64,000 nucleotides of DNA from Acidimicrobiia bacterium. GTDB lineage: Bacteria; Actinomycetota; Acidimicrobiia; Acidimicrobiales; SHLQ01. Positions 9,224-17,629 of the stretch are shown here, one piece after another; the first letter of the stretch is position 1, and every line of letters begins with the position of its first letter. The translations under genes and the position numbers were made by a program. Under the pieces are notes generated by a model that saw only the letters and a list, made by a program, of their open reading frames with translations, had not been told where the DNA came from and searched no databases. The DNA lies in contig JAWPMS010000001.1 in assembly GCA_033344795.1 (NCBI GenBank), positions 2,147,645 through 2,211,644 of the forward strand, written 5' to 3'.

Positions 9224-10200
9224 GCGACGCTCCCCTCGCACGCCGATCGATTCGGCCGATGAAGGCAGCGCCGGGTGAGATGCCCGTCTCCAATGAAGGA
9301 TGGGGGTACGAGCTCAAGTGGGACGGCATGCGTGTGGTGTCCTTCATCGACTCAGCCGGACTTCGGTTGCAGAGCGCGAACTTGAAGGACGCCACAACGT
9401 CGTTTCCGGAACTGGCTGGGTTGGGCGAGGCGTTCGAGGGTCTTGACTCGGTCATCCTTGACGGCGAAGTCGTGGCGATCGGTGAGGACGGGTCGCCCAG
9501 CTTTTCTCTGCTGCAACATCGCATGCACGTCTCGGACGAGCGCGAAGCCTGGCGACGCGCCAGCGAGGTCCCGGTGAGTTACGCGATCTTCGATCTGTTG
9601 CACTTGGACGGTCACGACACGATGGCGCTGCCGTTTCAGGACCGTCGGCGACTCCTCGAGACATTGGTGGACGCAGGGTCACATTGGCGACTGACCGACC
9701 TGCACGTTGGTAGTCCGGCTGACCTGTTGGAGACGGTCACCAATCGTGGGCTGGAGGGCCTCGTCGCAAAACGTTTGACCTCCGTCTACGTCGAGGGCAA
9801 GCGTCCGAGCACCTGGCGCAAGATCAAGCCGCGCCGACGCCAAGAATTCGTGGTCGGGGGCTGGAGCGAGGGTCGAGATGGCCTGTCCGGCACCGTCGGC
9901 TCCCTACTCCTTGGTGTCATCGTGGATGGGCACCTCGAGCACTGCGGGAGCGTCGGCTCCGGGCTCAACACCGTTGCACGAGAGGAGTGGCGGCAACGAC
10001 TTGAAAAGGCCGAACTCGAGGAATCTCCGTTTCATCAACGCGTGCCGCCAACGATGGGACGCTCGTATCGGTGGACCGAACCAAGCTTCGTCGTCGAAGT
10101 GGCGTTTGGAGAATGGACTCCAGATGGTCACCTCAGACACCCGGTGTACCTCGGCATGAGGACCGACAAGGACCCGTTCGAGGTCGTTCGAGAGCCCTGA
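9220..10200 (+). CDS. ATP-dependent DNA ligase (LigC-like, ligase domain only)
   Basis: ORF 9097..10200. Adenylation motif I ELKWDGMR, motif III ILDGEVVA, motif IV AIFDLLHLDG, motif V LEGLVAKRL…WRKIK. GTG at 9220 overlaps the upstream stop (GTGA). Confidence 0.85.
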   Translation: MSDAPLARRSIRPMKAAPGEMPVSNEGWGYELKWDGMRVVSFIDSAGLRLQSANLKDATTSFPELAGLGEAFEGLDSVILDGEVVAIGEDGSPSFSLLQHRMHVSDEREAWRRASEVPVSYAIFDLLHLDGHDTMALPFQDRRRLLETLVDAGSHWRLTDLHVGSPADLLETVTNRGLEGLVAKRLTSVYVEGKRPSTWRKIKPRRRQEFVVGGWSEGRDGLSGTVGSLLLGVIVDGHLEHCGSVGSGLNTVAREEWRQRLEKAELEESPFHQRVPPTMGRSYRWTEPSFVVEVAFGEWTPDGHLRHPVYLGMRTDKDPFEVVREP

Positions 10201-10357
10201 CGTCATGACGAATTCACCTCTCGTTCATTGTCGACTTGGCGTCCGTCACATGTGACCGTTGTTGGTGCCGTTTTTCGTTGCGTGCACCGGCGTGGTGCGT
10301 ACCATTTTGTGCAGAACACAAATCCCCCCTTGTGTGTTCGAAGAGAAGGAAATTTCC

Positions 10358-10777
10358 ATGTACAAACAAATCGTTGTTGGTTATGACGGATCTGACCGTG
10401 CGCTTCGCGCCGTCGAAGAAGCCGCTGACCTCTCCACTGCAGTCGGCTCGGTTCTGAACATCGTGACCGCAGTCGACAAGGCTGACGAGATCCACGAGTT
10501 CGGCGAGTCGTCCGACAAGATGTACCTCAGCAACAAGCAGATCGCCCAAGAACAGCTCGCGAACGTCGCAAGCAAGTTCGGGCACCTCGATGTGCGGACC
10601 TCAGCCGTTGCCGGCGCCCCAGCCCGCGTGCTTCTGGAAGAGGCATCGCGCATCGACGCCGATCTCATCCTCGTCGGAAACCGTCACGTCCAGGGCATCA
10701 GCCGTGTACTTGGCAGCGTGGCCGAAGACGTTGCGCACAAAGCGCCTTGCGCGGTGCTGATCGCGAAGACTGCCTGA
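10358..10777 (+). CDS. universal stress protein (UspA family)
   Basis: ORF 10259..10777. ATG 10358 is preceded by GAAGAGAAGGA. Sequence MYKQIVVGYDGSDRA…LILVGNRHVQGISRVLGSVAEDVAHKAPCAVLI. Confidence 0.85.
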   Translation: MYKQIVVGYDGSDRALRAVEEAADLSTAVGSVLNIVTAVDKADEIHEFGESSDKMYLSNKQIAQEQLANVASKFGHLDVRTSAVAGAPARVLLEEASRIDADLILVGNRHVQGISRVLGSVAEDVAHKAPCAVLIAKTA

Positions 10778-10983
10778 GTTTGCCCGGGCGAACGGCGCCC
10801 GGCAGCCCCAGCCGGTCTTCGCCTCGTGCGCACGTCGCTTCGCTCGTTGCGCAATGTCGGCTTGACCGACCGCTGCTCCCGACGCCGTTCACCCACCCAG
10901 TCAGGCAAGAGGTCGGCTCGACTTGCCGTCGAGATCGCCGCCTGGGTCCCTCTTTGAGTTTGGGGTGGTCGGAGTAGGTTCGG

Positions 10984-11637
10984 GTGATGGACTTTGACCT
11001 GGCGCAGACCGACCACCTTCTTCTGACTACCAAGCAGGTTCGCAAACGCCTCGATTTCGATCGTGCGGTGCCGCGCCACGTCCTTCTCGACTGCATCGAC
11101 ATCGCCAGCCGGGCACCGATGGGCGGCAACCTGCAGCGCAACAGATGGCTGATCGTGGAAGATCCCGACCTCAAGACCGCGGTAGCCGAGTTGTACCGGA
11201 AGAACTCTGAGCCATACTTCGCCGAGAGCGAAAAGGTCGAAAGTGATGCTCGTGGGAATCGGGTCCAGAGTTCGGCTCGGTATCTGTCGGATCGCATGCA
11301 CGAGGTCCCGGCGATGGTGATTCCCCTGCGCCTCGACCGGTTCGAGAACGCCGACCAGGGAAGCCAGGCAGGGGAGTACGGATCGGTGCTCCCCGGGGTG
11401 TGGAGCTTTCAAATGGCGCTTCGATCACGTGGGATCGGGTCGTGTTGGACCACGCTGCACCTTGGTTCCGAAGCCGAGGTTGGAGAGCTGCTCGGCATTC
11501 CGAACACGGTGACACAGGTGGCGATGCTGCCCGTCGGCTATTACACGGGAGGCAGCTTCTCGGTGACGCCGCGACGTCCGGCCGCAGAGATCACCTTCAT
11601 CGACCGCTGGGGTCAGAAGGCGTCTGACACCGTCTGA
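10984..11637 (+). CDS. nitroreductase family protein
   Basis: 217-aa ORF. RKRLDFDRAVPRHVLLDCIDIASRAPMGGNLQ is a typical nitroreductase N-terminal segment. Confidence 0.75.
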   Translation: MMDFDLAQTDHLLLTTKQVRKRLDFDRAVPRHVLLDCIDIASRAPMGGNLQRNRWLIVEDPDLKTAVAELYRKNSEPYFAESEKVESDARGNRVQSSARYLSDRMHEVPAMVIPLRLDRFENADQGSQAGEYGSVLPGVWSFQMALRSRGIGSCWTTLHLGSEAEVGELLGIPNTVTQVAMLPVGYYTGGSFSVTPRRPAAEITFIDRWGQKASDTV

Positions 11638-11647
11638 AGGCACGACG

Positions 11648-12838
11648 TCACGAAGCCTCGAACGCACCGCGCAATATCTCGGCGATGAGATCGCACTCGT
11701 CGAGTGACATCGACAACGGAATTCTCATGTCGCACAGCCCGTGCAAGATGGCGCTCGTCTTGCCGAGCGATTGTTCTGCGGCATAACGCCAATGGTCGAA
11801 TCGACTCGTGAAGCCGATTGCCCGGTCACTTCCGAACCACTTCACGTAGACCCCGTGGGCGGCACAGACCTCGATGGCCTTGATGATCTGTGCGCTTGTC
11901 AGCCCTCGCGCAGTGAACTGAATCGAAGAAGCTGCGAATCCCTCTTTCGGATCGCGATTCGGGACATCGATGACGCCGCTGGGCGTCAGCGCATTGGCGA
12001 TTCGTTCGTAGCGCTCGTTCCAGGTGCGTCGTCGTTCGGGAAGTTCTTCTATCTGCGGGTGGGCGACCGCCGCTGCGAGCGCAGACATGCGCATCGACCA
12101 GTTGGGGGTGGTTGCTCGGTGACGCTCGAATACCTCGTTGGGTGGGGCGGCGCCATGTTGTTCATAGAGCATGTAGCTCCCGGAGAGCAGGATGGCCTGC
12201 GCTGCGATGTCCTCGTCATCGGTCACGAGCAACCCGCCCTCGCCCGAGTTGATGTGTTTGAACGTCTGCGTCGAGAAACAACCAACGGAGCCGAACGTGC
12301 CTGTCGGTCTGCCGTCCCAGAACGCCCCCATGGTGTGGGCACAGTCCTCGATGAGCATGACACCCAGTGCGTCGCACAATTCGACGATCTTGTCGAGATC
12401 TGCGATGTGTCCCCGCATGTGCGAGAGCATCAAGAACTTCGCGCCGGTGGATTCGGCTTTTCTGGAGAAGTCGTCGAAGTCGATGAGGTACTCCGAGGTG
12501 ATGCCCACGAAGACGGGCTCGCCGCCAACATGGGCTACCGAACCGGGCACGGGTGCCAGCGTGAACGCGTTCATGAGTACCTTGTCGCCAGGCATGACCC
12601 CTACGGCGCGCAGAGCGACAGCGAGCGACGCACCGCAACTGTTCGTGGCCACACAAAACCGGGCTCCGACCGACGCCGCAAAGTCGCGCTCGAGTGCAGC
12701 GACATCGAGCTCCTCGGCTCCAGCCTCGCCGTAGCGAAAGAGCCGACCAGAGGCCATGAGTTCGTTGGCTCGCGCAATTCCTCGGGGCGGGATCGGCGGC
12801 TGCTCGGTGAAGTCGAGCTCAACAGTGGGCAGGTTCAT
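11648..12838 (-). CDS. DegT/DnrJ/EryC1/StrS-family PLP-dependent aminotransferase
   Basis: 396-aa ORF. PLP-lysine context FSTQTFKHINSGEGGLLVTDD. Start overlaps the upstream HisD-like stop (ATGA at 12835-12838). Confidence 0.8.
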   Translation of the reverse strand: MNLPTVELDFTEQPPIPPRGIARANELMASGRLFRYGEAGAEELDVAALERDFAASVGARFCVATNSCGASLAVALRAVGVMPGDKVLMNAFTLAPVPGSVAHVGGEPVFVGITSEYLIDFDDFSRKAESTGAKFLMLSHMRGHIADLDKIVELCDALGVMLIEDCAHTMGAFWDGRPTGTFGSVGCFSTQTFKHINSGEGGLLVTDDEDIAAQAILLSGSYMLYEQHGAAPPNEVFERHRATTPNWSMRMSALAAAVAHPQIEELPERRRTWNERYERIANALTPSGVIDVPNRDPKEGFAASSIQFTARGLTSAQIIKAIEVCAAHGVYVKWFGSDRAIGFTSRFDHWRYAAEQSLGKTSAILHGLCDMRIPLSMSLDECDLIAEILRGAFEAS

Positions 12839-14100
12839 GTTCTCATTCTCACATCGGCGCTTCGTGCGTGTCCCTCCATGCCCTCATAGCGGGAGATGCG
12901 AGCTGCGTACGGTGCTTCGCGTCTGCTGGCCTCGTCGGTCATCCGCTGCCAGGTCAGTTGTTTGGTGAAACGAAGTGCGTTCAAGCCGCCCGAGTATCGT
13001 GCCGCTCTGCCAGTCGGGAGAATGTGGTTCGGACCCGTCGTCTTGTCACCAAAGGTGACCGTGGTTTGTTCTCCGAGAAACAATGAGCCGTAGTTTCGGA
13101 GTCGACCAAGCCACCAATCCAGGTCTTCGGCCATCACTTGCAGATGTTCGGGGGCGTACGAATCGCAGATGCTGGCTGCATCCTCGACCGAATCGGCCAC
13201 GATGATTTCGCCGTAGTCCCGCCACGCCGCAACCGCAGATGTTCGCGCCGGGTCAGGCAGTGCTTCAGCGACATCATCGATGAGTTCCGACACCGCGTTT
13301 GCGAGCAGGTCGGAGGTGGTCACGAGCCACACCGGTGAGTCAGGGCCGTGCTCGGCCTGGCCAATGAGGTCGGTGGCGACCGTGTGTGCGTCGGCGGTGT
13401 GGTCAGCAGCGATCATGGATTCGGTCGGACCGGCGATGACATCGATTCCCACTCGACCGAAGAGCTGTCGTTTGGCTTCGGCGACAAAGCTGTTGCCCGG
13501 TCCGACGATCACGTCAGCTTCGAGTCCGGTGAACAAACCGAAGGCCATGGCCCCGATCGCCTGCACCCCTCCCAGGCCGAGGACGTGGTCGGCTCCGGCA
13601 ACTCGAGCTGCGTGCAGGATGGCTGGGTGGACCCCGCCGCGGTCTGGTCGAGCGGGGCTCGCCACGACGATGTCGCGAACACCGGCCACCGAAGCGGTGG
13701 TCACGCTCATGAGCGCCGACGCGATGTGGGCGAAACGACCTGCTGGCACGTAACAACCGGCGACGTCGACAGGGATCGTGCGTTGTCCGGTGAGGAGTCC
13801 CTCCTCGAGCTCGAGTTCGAAGTCCGTGATCGAAGCGAGCTGTGCCTCGGCAAAGGCGCGAATGTGGCGGTGCGCGTGTTCGATGTCGGCGATGAGTTGT
13901 GCGTCGAGTTGGGAGGTGGCGGCGGCGATCGTGGACTCGTCGATCAGCACGGGCTCCATCCAGTCATCGAACTCCGCTGCCAGGGCAGCGGCGGCCTCTT
14001 CCCGATCGCTTTCGAGGCGGGTCAACAGGTCTCGAACTCGAATGCCGACACCGGGATCCGCTTCGTTCAGAGGACGGGGAGCCTGCTTGACATATCTCAT
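12835..14100 (-). CDS. histidinol-dehydrogenase-family oxidoreductase (HisD paralogue; HpsN-like candidate)
   Basis: 421-aa ORF. HisD family motifs VGPGNSFVAEAK, IAGPTES, IGQAEHGPDS, APEHL, GPNHILPT. Sits outside any his operon, next to sulfonate genes. Confidence 0.8.
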   Translation of the reverse strand: MRYVKQAPRPLNEADPGVGIRVRDLLTRLESDREEAAAALAAEFDDWMEPVLIDESTIAAATSQLDAQLIADIEHAHRHIRAFAEAQLASITDFELELEEGLLTGQRTIPVDVAGCYVPAGRFAHIASALMSVTTASVAGVRDIVVASPARPDRGGVHPAILHAARVAGADHVLGLGGVQAIGAMAFGLFTGLEADVIVGPGNSFVAEAKRQLFGRVGIDVIAGPTESMIAADHTADAHTVATDLIGQAEHGPDSPVWLVTTSDLLANAVSELIDDVAEALPDPARTSAVAAWRDYGEIIVADSVEDAASICDSYAPEHLQVMAEDLDWWLGRLRNYGSLFLGEQTTVTFGDKTTGPNHILPTGRAARYSGGLNALRFTKQLTWQRMTDEASRREAPYAARISRYEGMEGHARSADVRMRT

Positions 14101-14141
14101 CTATAGATCCTGTCTTATTGGTTAGAGATCTTCACTTGCGA

Positions 14142-14156
14142 GTTAGAGGATCTAAC
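14142..14156. promoter_or_regulatory. perfect palindrome GTTAGA-GGA-TCTAAC (candidate operator) in the hisD-like/tpa divergent intergenic region
   Basis: Read directly from sequence. A GTTAGA half-site also occurs at 14121-14126. The same palindrome occurs at 23943-23957 upstream of xsc. Confidence 0.55.
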
Positions 14157-14232
14157 AGTACCGTGTGCGTGTCTATCGTCACATGAGAGACGTGTGCGCG
14201 TTTTTGAAGAGCCCACGAGGAGGTCGGCAGGG

Positions 14233-15609
14233 ATGTCAGCTACTACGGATCATGAATTGGCAAAGGCACACTTGCTGCCGCACTACACCAAAGGCGCAGC
14301 CTGGCGACAAGAGACCCCGATCATGGTGAGCGGTCGAGGGTGTTATGTAAAGGATGACGAAGGAAACGAATACCTCGATGGCCTCGCCGGGCTGTTTTGC
14401 TCGAACATAGGCCACGGGCGACTCGATCTCGCGGCGGCGGCTGGCAAACAAGCTGAGAAGTTGGCGTTCTTCCCGAACTGGGGTTTTGCGACACCGCCGA
14501 CCATCGAGGCAGCAGCTCTCATCGCCGAACTCGCCCCAGGTGATGACCTGAGCGAGGTCTTCTTCGTCAGTTCTGGCTCGGAGGCGGTTGAGTCCGCCGT
14601 GAAGTTTGCTCGGAACTATCACGTCAGCCGCGGCGACGAGTCGCGTTACAAGGTGATCGCTCGCGACTGGGCCTACCACGGCACCACTCTCGGAGCGCTG
14701 TCGGTCACGGGCATTCCAAAGTTCCGCAAACAGTTCCTTCCGATGCTCTGGGACGGCGTTCGCCATGTGCCGAACACGCTCGATGGAGCCAGCGCGGAGG
14801 GCGTGCCCGTCGAGGACTGGCCATGTGTCACCGTGCTCGAACAAACCATCATCGACGAGGGCCCCGAGACCGTCGCCATGGTCATCGCCGAGCCGGTACA
14901 GAACGGACGTGGCGCTCTCGTTCCGCCGGATGGATACTGGCAAGAGCTCCGACGTATTTGCGACAAGTACGGCATCTTGCTTTGTGCCGACGAAGTCATC
15001 AGCGGGTTTGGTCGGATGGGCTCTTGGTTCGCAAGCGAACGTTTCGACATTCAGCCAGACATGATCACCTTTGCCAAGGGCGTGACTTCGGCGTATCAGC
15101 CTCTCGGTGGGGTGGTCATCAAACGTTCGCTGGTCGAGCAGACCTGGGATTCCGATCTCGCCATGTTCAACCATGGCTCGACGTTTGGTGGTCACCCGGT
15201 CGCGTGTGCGGTGGCCGTTGCGAACATCACCGCCTTGCGTGACGAGGGCGTCCTCGACAACGTCAACAACAATGAAGCGTATTTCCAGGAGCACTTGACG
15301 AAGCTCGTGGACCGGTTCGACATCTTGAAGGAATGGCGCGGTTGTGGATATTTCTATGCGGTCGAGTTCGTCGAGAGCAGAGAGGCCGGCATTGAACTGA
15401 GCGAGGAGGATCGCGCGGCGTTGCAAGGTGGAGTGCTGGGATCATTCGTGCGTGACTCGAAGCTGCTGATCCGCCCAGATGATCGTGGCTGCACGATGTT
15501 GGTGCTCTCCCCGCCGTTGATCGCCGACCGAGATGTGCTAGACGATCTCATGGAAAGATTGTTCCAAATATGTGAACGAACCGAGGCGTGGCTACGCGAG
15601 GACCGTTAA
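14233..15609 (+). CDS. tpa: class III (omega) aminotransferase, taurine:pyruvate aminotransferase-like
   Basis: ORF 14194..15609. ATG 14233 is preceded by GAGGAGG. Class III fold motifs (…VSSGSEAVESAVKFAR…ADEVISGFGRMG…). Substrate inferred from tauABC/xsc/pta context. Confidence 0.7.
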   Translation: MSATTDHELAKAHLLPHYTKGAAWRQETPIMVSGRGCYVKDDEGNEYLDGLAGLFCSNIGHGRLDLAAAAGKQAEKLAFFPNWGFATPPTIEAAALIAELAPGDDLSEVFFVSSGSEAVESAVKFARNYHVSRGDESRYKVIARDWAYHGTTLGALSVTGIPKFRKQFLPMLWDGVRHVPNTLDGASAEGVPVEDWPCVTVLEQTIIDEGPETVAMVIAEPVQNGRGALVPPDGYWQELRRICDKYGILLCADEVISGFGRMGSWFASERFDIQPDMITFAKGVTSAYQPLGGVVIKRSLVEQTWDSDLAMFNHGSTFGGHPVACAVAVANITALRDEGVLDNVNNNEAYFQEHLTKLVDRFDILKEWRGCGYFYAVEFVESREAGIELSEEDRAALQGGVLGSFVRDSKLLIRPDDRGCTMLVLSPPLIADRDVLDDLMERLFQICERTEAWLREDR

Positions 15610-15717
15610 GGCGGCTACTCTCTGCGCTGGCCTCGGCCAACGAATCGCCGCACCCGAAGTCGTGTGCAGCGGTCGTCTCAAACGACTGAGGCGGAAAAAC
15701 TCCCGGAGGGGGATTTT

Positions 15718-16734
15718 ATGAAGATGAGAATGAAGATGATTATGGCGACGATGCTCGCCGGAATTGCGCTCGCTGCTGCAGCATGTGGCGGAGACAGCGT
15801 AGACACGTTGAACGTTGCGTATTTCTCCGGCTGGCCGCTGCCACCGCAGATCGGACAAGACGATGGCAGCTTTGCTGATGCCGTCGGTGTCGATGAGATC
15901 AACTGGGTTGCACTTCCCGACGGTGGGTCCATGGCTGACGGCATGATCGCTGGCGACATCGATATCGCCTATTCGATTGGTCTCACCCCGTTTGCCGTGA
16001 AGGCAACCAACGGTGCTCCCATCTCGATGGTCGGTATCGCAGTTGCGTATGCCGACGCCGACAACTGCATGGTGCAGGGCGATCTTGGGTACAACCGTGA
16101 CAACGCTGCAGAAACGCTCAGCGGTGCCACGATCCTCACCCCGATTGGCAACATCACGCACTACAAGCTCCTCAACACGCTCGAGTTCTTGGGTGTCGAC
16201 CAGGGCGACGTCGAGGTGCTTCCACACGAGAGCGGCGACGCCACGGCTGCAGCTTTTGCTGCCGGTGACATCGAGGTCGGCTGTGCATTCGGCGGGCCTC
16301 TCGTGACCATGGCCGACGCTGGCGGCGTGCCCCTGCTGACGGGCGAGGAGACGTCGAACGAGGTCGGAATCAAGACCTACGACGTGACCGCTGTTCGCAA
16401 CGACTTCGCTGACGAGAACCCAGGTGTTGTCACCGACTTCTTGAAGGCCAACGAGGAGTTCAACCAGAAGTGGGCTGCTGATCCGGCGACGAACAATCCA
16501 ATCATCGCCACCGCTGCTGGTATGGATGAGGTCGGCAACTTCCTCAGCGGACCGACATGGTTCACCTTCCCAAGCGTCGACGAGCAACTCAGTGATGCGT
16601 GGCTCGGAAGCAGTGTTGCTGACGTCATGCTCGAGCAGCTGACGTTCTTCAGGGATCAGGGTGAAATCGACAGCATTGCCGATGACTACGCACAGTTCAT
16701 CGACACCAGCTTCCTCGAGGACGCCAAGGGTTGA
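15718..16734 (+). CDS. tauA: taurine/sulfonate ABC transporter substrate-binding protein (TauA/NMT1-like), Cys-containing signal peptide
   Basis: ORF 15664..16734. ATG 15718 follows GGAGGGGG. Signal MKMRMKMIMATMLAGIALAAAAC. Mature part follows the TauA pattern (…THYKLLNTLEFLGV…AAAFAAGDIEVGCAFGGPL…VTAVRNDFADENPGVVTDFLKA). Confidence 0.75.
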   Translation: MKMRMKMIMATMLAGIALAAAACGGDSVDTLNVAYFSGWPLPPQIGQDDGSFADAVGVDEINWVALPDGGSMADGMIAGDIDIAYSIGLTPFAVKATNGAPISMVGIAVAYADADNCMVQGDLGYNRDNAAETLSGATILTPIGNITHYKLLNTLEFLGVDQGDVEVLPHESGDATAAAFAAGDIEVGCAFGGPLVTMADAGGVPLLTGEETSNEVGIKTYDVTAVRNDFADENPGVVTDFLKANEEFNQKWAADPATNNPIIATAAGMDEVGNFLSGPTWFTFPSVDEQLSDAWLGSSVADVMLEQLTFFRDQGEIDSIADDYAQFIDTSFLEDAKG

Positions 16735-16741
16735 GCTGGTT

Positions 16742-16796
16742 CTCACCTCAGGTGAGCAGTTAGCTTGAGAGCCGGCGGCGTTTGCCGCCGGCTCTC
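16742..16796 (+). terminator. two stem-loops directly after tauA (CTCACC-TCA-GGTGAG; GAGAGCCGGCGGC-GTTT-GCCGCCGGCTCTC)
   Basis: Inverted repeats read from sequence. Located inside the operon between the SBP gene and the ATPase gene. Confidence 0.5.
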
Positions 16797-16828
16797 TGAT
16801 TATCGGGGATAAATAGGGGGAGTGGGCG

Positions 16829-17629
16829 ATGAAGCCGCTGAGCGTACAAAACATTGAGATGGTCTACGAGATTCCGAAAGGAGACTCGGTCCATGCGCTC
16901 AGCGATGTGTCATTTGACCTTGAGGCTGGGCGTTTGCTGACACTTCTTGGCCCGAGCGGTTGTGGCAAGACCACGCTGTTGAACATCCTTGCGGGTTTCT
17001 TGGCGCCAACCTCGGGCAGCGTCATGCTCGGCGGTGAGCCGGTGACGGGCCCCAGCAAAGAACGGGGCATGGTCTTTCAACAAGGCGCGCTGTTCGAATG
17101 GCAGTCCGTTGCGAAGAACATTTCGTTCGGCCCTCGGATGGGTGGGCAGAAGCACAACGACTTCCTCCCAGAGGTCGAGCGCCTGCTCGGTGTCGTGGGT
17201 CTGACCGGCTTCGGCGACAAGCAGATCTATGAACTTTCCGGCGGCATGCAGCAGCGAGTGGCGCTGGCTCGTTGTTTGGCCAATGACCCCGAGATGATGC
17301 TGATGGACGAGCCGCTCGGCGCGCTCGACGCCCTCACTCGCGAGAAGATGCAGAGTCTGATTCTCAACCTGTGGGATGAGACCGGCAAGAGCATCGTGCT
17401 TGTGACGCACAGCGTGGAGGAAGCGCTGATCTTGGGCGACATGGTCTTCGTCATGGCTCCCCGCCCTGGCCGAATCGAAAAGGTCTATGAGCTTCCCTTC
17501 GCACGACGTGCCCTCACCGAGGACCCGCGTGAGTTGAAAGCCACAACTGAATTCCAGGAAGTGAAGGAAGAAATCCTCAGCTTCATCTGGGAAATGGAAG
17601 AAGAGATCATGGGTCGGGAGGCAGGATGA
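16829..17629 (+). CDS. tauB: ABC transporter ATP-binding protein (TauB/NitT family)
   Basis: 266-aa ORF. Walker A GPSGCGKTT, signature LSGGMQQR, Walker B MLMDEP. Confidence 0.85.
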   Translation: MKPLSVQNIEMVYEIPKGDSVHALSDVSFDLEAGRLLTLLGPSGCGKTTLLNILAGFLAPTSGSVMLGGEPVTGPSKERGMVFQQGALFEWQSVAKNISFGPRMGGQKHNDFLPEVERLLGVVGLTGFGDKQIYELSGGMQQRVALARCLANDPEMMLMDEPLGALDALTREKMQSLILNLWDETGKSIVLVTHSVEEALILGDMVFVMAPRPGRIEKVYELPFARRALTEDPRELKATTEFQEVKEEILSFIWEMEEEIMGREAG

